From: Bacillota bacterium
Lineage (GTDB): Bacteria; Bacillota; Clostridia; Christensenellales; Christensenellaceae
Assembly (NCBI GenBank): GCA_023393165.1
Contig: JAEWMJ010000057.1
Span: forward strand, 94,500 to 158,499
DNA: 64,000 nucleotides
Direction of reading: 5' to 3'
The translations under genes and the position numbers were made by a program. Under the pieces are notes generated by a model, which saw only the letters and a program-made list of their open reading frames with translations, did not search any database and was not told the DNA's origin. Shown here in pieces: positions 54,305 to 63,633 of this stretch; the first letter of the stretch is position 1; the number at the start of each line of letters is the position of its first letter.

Positions 54305-55312
54305 CTAATGAATCTGCAGTATACGACGTTTCCTTTCATTGACCATAGCAGCTTGTGAGCGGGAAGATGTAACAGCATCAATGGTAATTACGGCCAGCAT
54401 GATAATGGCTCTTGCAAACATCTGATAATAGCTGGAGATTTGGAGCATCGTCATGGCGTTTTCCACAAGATACAGGAATAAGCATCCTAATACCGCCCCG
54501 ATCACGGAGGATTTCCCTCCGCTCATCTTCGTGCCCCCCAACACAACGGCAGTAATAACGGTAAATTCGTAACCCTGGGCGGAATTAGGAGCAATGGAGC
54601 CTATGCGTCCAGCATAAACGATACCGCCGACTGCAGCACAGATACCGCAAATGACATATGCCCCAATACGAATACGTGTAACGTTTATTCCCGAATAAAT
54701 TGCAGAGTTTCTACTTCCTCCAACGGCCAATACATAGCGGCCAAATCTTGTATATCGAAGCACACAAAAGCCGATTACGGTTATCAGTATCATCAATAAA
54801 GCGGGGGTTGGAACTATGTCAAAAATTTTCGTATTTCCGATCACCCGCATAGGGTCGGGGACAAATTTCTGTGAATTATCCAATAATAAGAAGGCACCTC
54901 CACTTAAAATTGACATACTGGCAAGCGTTGCAATCATATCAGGGAAGTTTAGAACGCTCGCCATAAAGCCATTAAGAAAGCCGATCAGGCAACCGGTTGC
55001 TAATGCAATCAAAAACACAACCGGCACGGGAAAAAACTGAGACAGTTTATACATCAGCGCCATCGTAAAAAGCGCATTCATGCCAACAGATATATCAATG
55101 CCACCGGTCGAAATCACAAATGTCATGCCAACGGCCATAATTCCATAAAGGCTACACTGGCCGATGATATTCATCAGATTTGTAACCTGAAGGAATGCCG
55201 GCTGGAATAAAGCAAGGATAGAAAACAACAGAATAATGCCAATCAAGACGGCTGCCCATTGCTGATTTTGCAGGTTTTTTATCGGATTTTTCTTATAGAT
55301 TTCTTTTTCCAT
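54305..55312 (-). CDS. Ribose/xylose-type (CUT2) ABC sugar permease (second)
   Basis: I prefer the start at ATG 55312 (GGAGG RBS, 19 nt after the ATPase stop) over 55456, which overlaps the ATPase gene. GIDISVG and AVGGSRNSAIYSGI motifs. Confidence 0.85.
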   Translation of the reverse strand: MEKEIYKKNPIKNLQNQQWAAVLIGIILLFSILALFQPAFLQVTNLMNIIGQCSLYGIMAVGMTFVISTGGIDISVGMNALFTMALMYKLSQFFPVPVVFLIALATGCLIGFLNGFMASVLNFPDMIATLASMSILSGGAFLLLDNSQKFVPDPMRVIGNTKIFDIVPTPALLMILITVIGFCVLRYTRFGRYVLAVGGSRNSAIYSGINVTRIRIGAYVICGICAAVGGIVYAGRIGSIAPNSAQGYEFTVITAVVLGGTKMSGGKSSVIGAVLGCLFLYLVENAMTMLQISSYYQMFARAIIMLAVITIDAVTSSRSQAAMVNERKRRILQIH

Positions 55313-55331
55313 GAATTTTTTCCTCCAGTAA

Positions 55332-56819
55332 TTACTCATCTTCCTGCTTAGAAGATGCAAATGACAGTATTCTTCGAACGTCAAATTCTTCTCTTTTACA
55401 TTCGGAAACCAGCCTGCCTCTACGCATGATAATAATTCTATGCGCCATCGAGACAAGCTCGTTAAGGTCGGAAGATACCAGAATTACGGCTGTACCCGTT
55501 TTGGCTAATTCCACGATTTGAGAGCCAATCTCTTTTCTTGCACCAACATCAACACCCCTGGTTGGGTCATCAAACATACAAACCTTAGGCGCGTGGCTGA
55601 GCCATCTGCCTACAATGATTTTCTGTTGATTCCCTCCGCTGAGCTCGGTAATGTAAGCATCGACCCCAGGACATGCAACACGAAATCTTTCTAAGACCTC
55701 CTGAGCGTGTTTTCTTTCATTTTTAAAACCAAAAAACTTGACCTTACGATCCACAAACTTGTTAATCATTGCCGCTGTTATATTCTCTTTCAAATCGCGG
55801 CGTGGAAAAACGCCGTGATTCTTTCGGTCCTCCGGAATCATGACAACGCCTTTGGCAATTAGTTGTTTGGTGCTCCATTTGGTCAGCCGTTCACCCATTA
55901 TCTCGATCGTACCCTCGCATTTTCTCAAGCCGAATATGGATTCCATCAGTTCTGTGCGACCAGCTCCAATTAAGCCAGCCAATCCCAGTATTTCTCCTTG
56001 TTTTACTTCAAATTTGATGTCTACAAAATTCTCTGACTGTAGGTTTTCCACTTTCAAGGCGACCTCGTTTCGAATATCTCCAAGCACATATTCAGACCCC
56101 TGCAACGAATGCCCAACCATATGTTCCTCGATTTTATGTATCGTCACATTGCTGACAAAATCATCACAAACCTTTTCTCCATTACGGAGAACGACTACCT
56201 TGTCACAAATGGTAAACACTTCATCCAAAAAGTGTGTAATAAATATCAAGCCAATTTTCTGTGTCTTCAATGCGCGGAGCACTTCAAATAAACGTTCGCG
56301 TTCAGGTGCGGTTAGCGATGCAGTTGGCTCATCCAAAATCAGAACGCGCGGATTCAATCGAATCGCTTTTGCGATTTCAATTAATTGTTGCTCCCCTGGT
56401 CCCAGCGTTCCAACGATCACATCTGGATCAAGTGCAATATTAAGAATACCCATGTATTTTTGCGCTTCTTCTTTACATTTCTTCCAATCGACAATCGGTT
56501 TGCTTCCCGGAAAGTCTTCAATACATATATTTTCTGCAACCGTTAAGTTTAGAAACAAGCTCAGTTCCTGATGCACCGCAACAATAGGAAAGTTCCCCAT
56601 CTTGATTTCCTTCATTTCTACACCATCGAACGAAATCGTACCTTCTGTAGGTTCATAAAGCCCTACAAGCATGTTTTTAAAAGTAGATTTTCCGGCTCCG
56701 TTTTCGCCTAAAAGCGCAGTAATCTCTCCCTCACAAACCGTAAAATCAACATCAGAAACAACTTTCTTGCTTGCAAAGGTCTTGGTCAACTTCTTAGTTT
56801 CCAGAATAACGCCGCTCAT
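55332..56819 (-). CDS. Sugar ABC transporter ATP-binding protein (fused double cassette, RbsA-like)
   Basis: Walker A GENGAGKST. Walker B ILDEPTASL. Second cassette LSGGNQQK and FDDPTRGVDVG. Confidence 0.9.
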   Translation of the reverse strand: MSGVILETKKLTKTFASKKVVSDVDFTVCEGEITALLGENGAGKSTFKNMLVGLYEPTEGTISFDGVEMKEIKMGNFPIVAVHQELSLFLNLTVAENICIEDFPGSKPIVDWKKCKEEAQKYMGILNIALDPDVIVGTLGPGEQQLIEIAKAIRLNPRVLILDEPTASLTAPERERLFEVLRALKTQKIGLIFITHFLDEVFTICDKVVVLRNGEKVCDDFVSNVTIHKIEEHMVGHSLQGSEYVLGDIRNEVALKVENLQSENFVDIKFEVKQGEILGLAGLIGAGRTELMESIFGLRKCEGTIEIMGERLTKWSTKQLIAKGVVMIPEDRKNHGVFPRRDLKENITAAMINKFVDRKVKFFGFKNERKHAQEVLERFRVACPGVDAYITELSGGNQQKIIVGRWLSHAPKVCMFDDPTRGVDVGARKEIGSQIVELAKTGTAVILVSSDLNELVSMAHRIIIMRRGRLVSECKREEFDVRRILSFASSKQEDE

Positions 56820-57295
56820 AAATTACCTCACTCATACACGAAAATTAAAAGTTTATATTTGTTTCATCGAACCGATTCTATTCAATAACTAGACGTTCGG
56901 GTCCAGGAAGTGCTTTTCGCGATGTCCTTTTATACTACTAGCTTTTCGACTTTCGTTTTATTTTTTAGTTTTTGAACTTTACGTTTGATATACTATAATA
57001 TTTTTTCATTTTTGTCAATATATTTTATGAAATTTTTTATACTTAAACAATATAATATTACATAATTTTATCATTTATATAGAAATTAATATTAGGTTCT
57101 TATAAATCCACCATAGTAAATATATCAAAGCGATCGAATAGTTAAATTCAATTGCAGAGCCTTATAATAGCTTTTGACAAAGCCTCTGTAATATCTTTCC
57201 AGTGCAAAGATTCTGTATTTTTTTTACAATTTTTTATTTTATTTTGTATTTATTTTTTTCATTTTATATTTTTTTTATTGAAATTTTATTTGCAT

Positions 57296-57324
57296 TTGAC
57301 TAGTTCTTAAAATTGTTATATTAT
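57296..57324 (+). promoter_or_regulatory. Candidate promoter of the RpiR gene
   Basis: TTGACT (57296-57301), a 17-nt spacer, then TATTAT (57319-57324), inside a ~600-nt extremely AT-rich divergent region. Confidence 0.35.
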
Positions 57325-57424
57325 ATTTAAGAAAGATTCCAATAAGAGGATCTGGGTTATAAAAAAGTATTTGAAAAATCGAAAGACCATGATATTTTGT
57401 GTCTTTTGCAGAAAGGCTATACGT

Positions 57425-58321
57425 ATGTCTTATCCTGACTCCAGCCAGAATTTAAATAATTCAAATATACTGAATACCAAATTACAGTTTTTGCTGCCTA
57501 CGCTTTCCCGCAGTGAAAACGCAGTCGCTTTATATATGATTGAGAATCTGGATCAAATAGGATACCAAAACCTGGATTCGATTTCAACGAAAACGAAAGC
57601 CAGCAGTGCTACCATCATTAGATTATGTAAGCGCATGGGTTATAAAGGTTTTTTGGACTTTAGGAACGATGTTAGACAGATGAGTGCCGCACCCGAATCA
57701 ATCCACACTGAAGATTCAGTGGAGCTTTCTTTTTCCCGGAGATTAATGTTGCAAACTATTGAAAAGAATATAGAAACCATGCGGAATACTTACGCACTGT
57801 TTTCAGAACAATATGACAAAGCTACCGATGCCTTACGGAACGCAAATGTTATTGCTATGTTCGGAAACGGGGATGCAATTATTCCGTGCCAACTCATCGC
57901 CATTAAACTTTTGAAAATAGGTAAAGCTTGTGTTTTATATAACGATCAGGATTTACAAGTATTCTGTGCATCTTCAATTCATGTTGGAGATGTTGCGTTA
58001 GCGGTTTCTCATACGGGACGTTCAAAATCAGTAGTTGAGGCAATGCGGATCGCTCAAGAACGAGGCGCCATTACTATTGGGATTACTGGCACGGCAAAAT
58101 CTCCATTGCTTAAATACTGTCTTATCGCTTTGCACACAGCGACATCTGATGACACCTATGCTGGTGATATTATTTCCCGCAGAATTGCTGAGCAGACCAT
58201 TTTAGAAACGCTCTATCAGAATTTACTAAACAATAGCGAAAAGGATCTTACAGAAGTTAAAAAACAAGGTGTTGAAAATCTTAAAATGATGAAACTTATA
58301 GATGATGATAATATATCATAA
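57425..58321 (+). CDS. MurR/RpiR-family transcriptional regulator (HTH + SIS domain)
   Basis: I prefer the ATG at 57425 over the TTG at 57371. LSRSENAVALYMIEN...ISTKTKASSATIIRLCKRMGYKGF (HTH_6) and the SIS segment VALAVSHTGRSKSVVEAM. Confidence 0.85.
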   Translation: MSYPDSSQNLNNSNILNTKLQFLLPTLSRSENAVALYMIENLDQIGYQNLDSISTKTKASSATIIRLCKRMGYKGFLDFRNDVRQMSAAPESIHTEDSVELSFSRRLMLQTIEKNIETMRNTYALFSEQYDKATDALRNANVIAMFGNGDAIIPCQLIAIKLLKIGKACVLYNDQDLQVFCASSIHVGDVALAVSHTGRSKSVVEAMRIAQERGAITIGITGTAKSPLLKYCLIALHTATSDDTYAGDIISRRIAEQTILETLYQNLLNNSEKDLTEVKKQGVENLKMMKLIDDDNIS

Positions 58322-58791
58322 TCGTTTTTTCATCCCCACGGAGGAGATCCATTTGAATCGCTTTTGAAATATAACCGGATCGTTGTAATTTGCACTATTG
58401 AAATTCATGAGCAAAGCGAGCTTTGCTTTGCGGATCGCGGCACGTTGCTTCCATACTGCTTAAGATTTTTAATACCATCACCAACTAATATGCGCGATGA
58501 ACTCGTCTGCGTTCATAATCTGCATGTTCTTTTTTGGAAAATCAACTTAGTTCTACTGAAATTTAATCTTAGGCTTTACAAGAAAATCAGTTTTATAAAA
58601 TGGATATATTTTTTATATTTATAATTATATCAACCTCCGTTTTAATTTTTTTAGAGAACCCCTTCCTCATTCCGGTAAACTTTAAGGGAATCACTGATTA
58701 GAGAAAAAGCTTTTTCTTCTTTGAATCCTTTAATAGGCATTTGCCAGGCAATTAACATTAAAACTATAAATATTTTCACTTGGTATTTTTA

Positions 58792-59685
58792 CTATCCGCC
58801 AATTTTTACAACTATACCCATATCCTCTAGAACTTTTTTATCAGTCTCTACAATCTCATTAGATGGTGTTTTACCTTCAAATGTATAGCTTCTTCCGAGT
58901 TTTTGGTATTTAGGTTCACCAAATTTATGATACGGAAGCAGATGAACTTCCTTAATATTTAATTGATTAGCAAGTTTGCCTATCTCCTCAATATGCTTTT
59001 TTTCCGAGTTAACACCTTCAATCAAAGGAACTCTAATTATTATCTTATCAGGTACCTGTTTAGCTAATTTTTTAATATTATCAAGTATCTTCTCATTGCT
59101 TATGCCTGTATACCGTTTGTGAGTAGCGTCATCCATATGCTTAATATCATACAAAATTTCATCGCAAAACTGAGCAGCTTCCCATAACTTGTCCCAGTTA
59201 GCAAATCCTGTTGTTTCAATCGCAGTTTGCATATGGTGTACTTCGCGTGCCTTTTTTAGTATTGCCGCAGCAAACTCCCATTGCATCAGTACTTCGCCAC
59301 CAGATAGCGTTATGCCTCCGCCCTGCATATAAAACAGCCTGTCTTTTTCAGCTTCATGCAGCACCGCATCTACTGTCATCTCTTTCCCAACCAGCTCCAA
59401 TGCCCCCGTAGGACAAACGTTTACACAGGACTGACACCGTGTGCAGCGTTCATGGTCGATATTATTTGGAAGATCCAATTCTATCGGGCAAGATTTATGG
59501 CAACTCATACAACCGATACATTGCATTTTGCTGAATAATACTTGCGGGGTAATGCTTTGCGTTTCCGGGTTAGAACACCATTCACAACGCAATGGGCAGC
59601 CTTTAAAGAAGATAACCGTACGAATACCTTTTCCATCATTTATACTGTAACGTTGAATATCTGTTATTATACCTTTATCCTTCAT
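58792..59685 (-). CDS. Glycyl-radical enzyme activating protein (radical SAM)
   Basis: CPLRCEWCSNPE (CX3CX2C) plus two ferredoxin-type clusters, CIGCMSCHKSCP and CTRCQSCVNVCP. GGITLSGGE. Confidence 0.9.
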   Translation of the reverse strand: MKDKGIITDIQRYSINDGKGIRTVIFFKGCPLRCEWCSNPETQSITPQVLFSKMQCIGCMSCHKSCPIELDLPNNIDHERCTRCQSCVNVCPTGALELVGKEMTVDAVLHEAEKDRLFYMQGGGITLSGGEVLMQWEFAAAILKKAREVHHMQTAIETTGFANWDKLWEAAQFCDEILYDIKHMDDATHKRYTGISNEKILDNIKKLAKQVPDKIIIRVPLIEGVNSEKKHIEEIGKLANQLNIKEVHLLPYHKFGEPKYQKLGRSYTFEGKTPSNEIVETDKKVLEDMGIVVKIGG

Positions 59686-59768
59686 CGTTCTGCTAACCTT
59701 TTTTATTATTTGGAGAAGAAGAATGATACAAGGCTATTTCTGATAGCCTTGTATCAAAATGAAGCAAC

Positions 59769-61625
59769 TTAAATCTTATGTTCAGTTCGTGCAATAATAG
59801 TATCCTGAACTTCCTCGGAAAGTTCTGTAAAGAACGCACTATACCCAGCTACACGCACAACAAGCCCCCTATGCTCTTGAGGATTAGCCTTTGCTGCTTT
59901 TAACGTTTCGCCATCCACAATATTTATTTGAATTTGCATTCCTTTTAAGGTGATATAGGTTTGGACAAGTTGTGCAAATTTTTTCATCCCCTCGGGTGTA
60001 CGTACCGTCGAAGGATTAATCTTAAAATTATACAGCAATCCATTCGGCACAAAGTAATGATCCAGTTTTACAACAGATTTAAAGGCTGCGGTTGGTCCAT
60101 TTAAATCAGTCCCCATGCTAGGTGAAATCCCGTCAGACAGAGGTTCGTGTGCATGACGTCCATCCGGCGTAGCGCCTACAGCGTGACCGAGAGGAATATA
60201 TCCTGATACCGGCGCGTATGATGCAGTAAAATGTCCACCTCTATAGGTCTCGTAATGATATAATGCTTCCAAAAGTACATCCGTAGCATATCTCGCCATA
60301 TAGTCTACTTCATCAATATCATTTCCGTATTTATCCACACGGTTGATTAAATACTGCCGCATAGCTTCGTTATCTTTGAAATCGTTATCCAGCGCATCAA
60401 TCAATTCACTCATTGAATAACGTTTATCTTCAAATACAACTTTTTTTACCGCGTAAAGCATATTGCCTAAACTTGCGGGACCAGTCATAACCGGTCCAGT
60501 CCAATTATACTTGGCCCCACCTGATGTTACATCTTTTCCAACCTCCATACAATCATCCAACAGTATGGACATTAACGGAATCGGCATACGTGTTTCGTGT
60601 ATATGGTCAAGTGTATTATTCCAGGTCACTATAAGGCGCGCTGAGTGTTCTACCTGTTTTTCATATGCATCTAATACATCTTCGAATGTTTTAAATTTCC
60701 GCGGGTCCCCTGTCTTTGGGCCAACTTGCTTACCTGTAATACGGCAGACGCCATCATTGAGCGCAAGCTCAAACATCTTGCAAATATTAGTAAAACCGCC
60801 ATTGCCACGTCCCCAGGCATTGAGGGGCGTTCCTTCAACACAACCTTCAGGGGCATAATTACGCGCATCATGAAGAGAAACACCAAGAGTTAATAAAGCA
60901 GGAATATATACTTCGTCGTTTAGAATTTGCGGTAAGCCTCCACCCTCAGCAACAATTTCACATACCTTTGATAAAAATTCGTAGGGAGTGCCAATATGCA
61001 TACGCACAGCAAAATTTGGCTGAGAGAATCGTATATGTTTTTGACACTCTAAAAAACGATATGATAGATCATTTGTTGCATCCAATCCTTCTGGGGTTAA
61101 TCCACCTACGCAGACGTTTTGCCCCATAGGAAAGCCAGAATGTATCTCTGCATCTGCAGCCCGATATAATTTTGTTGGCTCACAAAATTTTATCCAGAAG
61201 GTTTCAAGCAGCCCTTGACACTCCGCCTTACTCTTCCCTTGCTCTAATATTTCACTTTCATAAAAAGTATATAACCATTGATCTATACGACCCGGAGAAA
61301 TTGATACACCGTTATCCATAACCTGAAGTAAAAGCTGAATAAACCATACAGTCTGGAGTGCTTGCTGTAAATTCTCAGCCGGATGCTCGGGAACTCGCCG
61401 ACAGGTTTTTTCTATTTCTAATAACTCCATTTTACGTACAGGATCTTGTTCGTTTTCAGCCATGCGTTTCGCTTCATTGGCATAACGATTAGCATAAGCC
61501 ACAACAGCATCAACAGTAATAATTACGGCTTCGTAAAATTCTCTTTTCTTAGGACTGTCATGTTGCCAAAGCTTAATAGATTCCAGTTTTTCTATTGCTT
61601 GTTTTTTTATGTGCCCTAAAGGTAA
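59769..61625 (-). pseudogene. Glycyl radical enzyme (PFL2/dehydratase-lyase type), 5'-truncated
   Basis: Glycyl motif VVRVAGYSAFF and Cys loop APEGCVEG. Family-like sequence (LGHIKKQAIEKL...KREFYEAVIITVDAVVAYANRYA) continues upstream of the GTG at 61502 with no start codon, then runs into antisense deoC. About 200 N-terminal residues expected for this family are missing. Confidence 0.75.
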
Positions 61626-61960
61626 TATTGGAAAACTATTTTTTAACTGACGAAGAGATAAAAATTGGATGTCAATTAATAGAAAAAGCTGGCGCTGACT
61701 TTGTTAAAACATCAACTGGTTATGCAGGAGGCGGGGCAAAAATCCATGATTTACAGATCATGCGAAGTGCAGTTTCCGCACATGTTCAGGTCAAGGCTGC
61801 TGGCGGGGTGCGTACATTAGATACTGCTTTGGCAGTAATCGCAGTAGGTGGAACGCGTATGGGCAGTACTGGAACAGCGGCAATAATTGATGAAGCTGTT
61901 CAACGTGAAAAGATTGGTACACTATGTATTCCTACGTACGTTGCAGATGATGCCATCTAA
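61613..61960 (+). pseudogene. deoC: Deoxyribose-phosphate aldolase, C-terminal fragment only
   Basis: LKVILENYFLTDEEIKIGCQLIEKAGADFVKTSTGY (Schiff-base Lys) and VKAAGGVRT...GGTRMGTS. The N-terminal ~100 aa of the family are absent. Confidence 0.75.
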
Positions 61961-62344
61961 CAAGTTATGTGAACTGTTTTGGCGGTTCGACTTTGTGTTT
62001 AACTAAAAATTACAAAAAATATATCAGTATAAATCTTAGAAAAATTCCATTGATTGGTATAATAATGGATGATTGGTAAAATTATACTAAAAAAGACGAG
62101 AACACATCTTACAATTGTTAAATAGTATGATGTTGTTAATCGGCAAAGGTGTACTACCACAGAATATCAGCTATGAAACGATTACGCAGCATTTGGAGTG
62201 AGGGTACATTTGCAGCATAAAAAAAACCAGTATAATCTGAAGCGAATACGAAAGAGGCATTCACCGAGCTACGGAAGAATGCCTCATGTCATCGATAGCA
62301 TTAAATCTACACACTCACTAAGTGGTATCCTAGTCTTGTAAAAG

Positions 62345-62974
62345 CTACTTGGAATCCGCTACCAACTGAAGCTTTTCTCGGGTAATTTGCTGCCCATATG
62401 GAATACGGGAAGCAAGGCACGTAAGGGGTTGCTTATCCCAGGTAGGTAGACCCATCTCTTTGGATAAGAACGTGATTTCCTTCTTGTTTAATTCCGCTAT
62501 CTGCAGGGGGCTTTCTACTCCTAGCTCCATTAGTGCCAACTTGCCCGGAACGTAATCGTAAGTATCATCTGCGTTTGAGCCGCCAGCGACGGTGTCAATT
62601 CCTAGTTCATTTGCAATTTTCCATATCTTTCGAAATAGTTCTTGCTTGCAAAAATAACAGCGGTTTCTTTGGTTTTCCGAAAAGTTAGGAATCTCCAGTT
62701 CTTCAGATTCAAATACGATATGCCGTACACCTATGCTTTTTGCAAATTTCTTAGCCTCATCAAGTTCCTGCACGGGATACGTGGATGAACGTGCAGTGAC
62801 CGCAATCGCCTTTTCTCCCAGCATATCCAAAGCTACCTTAATCAAAAACGCACTGTTCACACCGCCTGAAAAAGCTACCGCAATACTATCATACCTTCGG
62901 ATGGTCTGCTGCAAATGTATTAATTTTTCATTTTCATTCATAACTTGTCCTAAAAACCTGCTGTTATTACTCAC
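62345..62974 (-). CDS. larE: LarE-like PP-loop ATP pyrophosphatase (sulfur transferase family), apparently C-terminally short
   Basis: PP-loop VAFSGGVNS and the conserved Cys segment LTCLASRIPYG. 209 aa, against the ~270 aa I recall for the family. Confidence 0.6.
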   Translation of the reverse strand: MSNNSRFLGQVMNENEKLIHLQQTIRRYDSIAVAFSGGVNSAFLIKVALDMLGEKAIAVTARSSTYPVQELDEAKKFAKSIGVRHIVFESEELEIPNFSENQRNRCYFCKQELFRKIWKIANELGIDTVAGGSNADDTYDYVPGKLALMELGVESPLQIAELNKKEITFLSKEMGLPTWDKQPLTCLASRIPYGQQITREKLQLVADSK

Positions 62975-63378
62975 AGCCTGGTTTTACAACTCCTTTTCAA
63001 TTATTCCATAACTTATGTAATAGTATGCTGTAGATATTCGATCTATTCGACCTTCTTTATCCGCTTTTAATGATGAAAAGCTTAAAGAGTTCCAACGTGT
63101 CTAATTATAAATGATTTCTCACCAAATACAATCAACTTTGATTCTTATCCTGTCCCGGATAAAAGTTTCACTTCGCTTTTAAAATCAATTAGCGCTTCGC
63201 CTATTGCAATTAATTTTTCATAATAACTCAATTAAAAACTGAAACCTTTTTGAAATAAAAAGAAGTAAATTCCATATTTCGCCGAATGGTATTCGTTACA
63301 AAGCAGCCGGTAAAGATGGTTCATCCTCTTTTATGCTCAGGAACCGGCTTAACTCTTTATAAATGTGGTTGTCTGTTT

Positions 63379-63633
63379 TTATCGTCGTTGCAATAGATAC
63401 CTAGCCCAGCAGTACGGTTCCGGTACCTTTCTCCACTTAAAAATCGTGATACAGGTACGGATATATAGATATGCTTTCACCTGTTTCAGGCAAACTCGCG
63501 TACCTGCCAGAACAGTAAATGAGCGCCCGTCACATTTGAGTTGTTCTTCCTGCTCCGAAAGTCCGCTTTCCGCAATTGCATTGTAAACGCGGATCAATAA
63601 ATTTCCCCCGCTCTTGTTTATGATGCCTTCCAT
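63379..63633 (-). CDS. Hypothetical ORF (weak)
   Basis: An 84-aa ORF. Only the first ~50 residues look protein-like. There is no RBS or motif support. Confidence 0.2.
   Translation of the reverse strand: MEGIINKSGGNLLIRVYNAIAESGLSEQEEQLKCDGRSFTVLAGTRVCLKQVKAYLYIRTCITIFKWRKVPEPYCWARYLLQRR

Noticed and set aside
58322-58791. Possible decayed small gene on the minus strand, read in three frames (MQIMNADEFIAHI / LVGDGIKNLKQYGSNVP / AIRKAKLALLMNFNSANYNDPVIFQKRFKW), and the + strand ORF 58364..58624
   Set aside because: Each open segment is only 15-40 codons in AT-rich DNA, with no recognisable motif or RBS. That is insufficient to call a pseudogene. The + ORF is Leu/Ile/Phe-rich with no support.
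62309-62347. Three in-frame TAG codons after the LarE-like ORF, as possible pyrrolysine or stop-codon recoding
   Set aside because: A TGA directly follows the third TAG, the downstream similarity to the family is weak, and no pyl genes are visible. Ordinary truncation or decay is the simpler reading.
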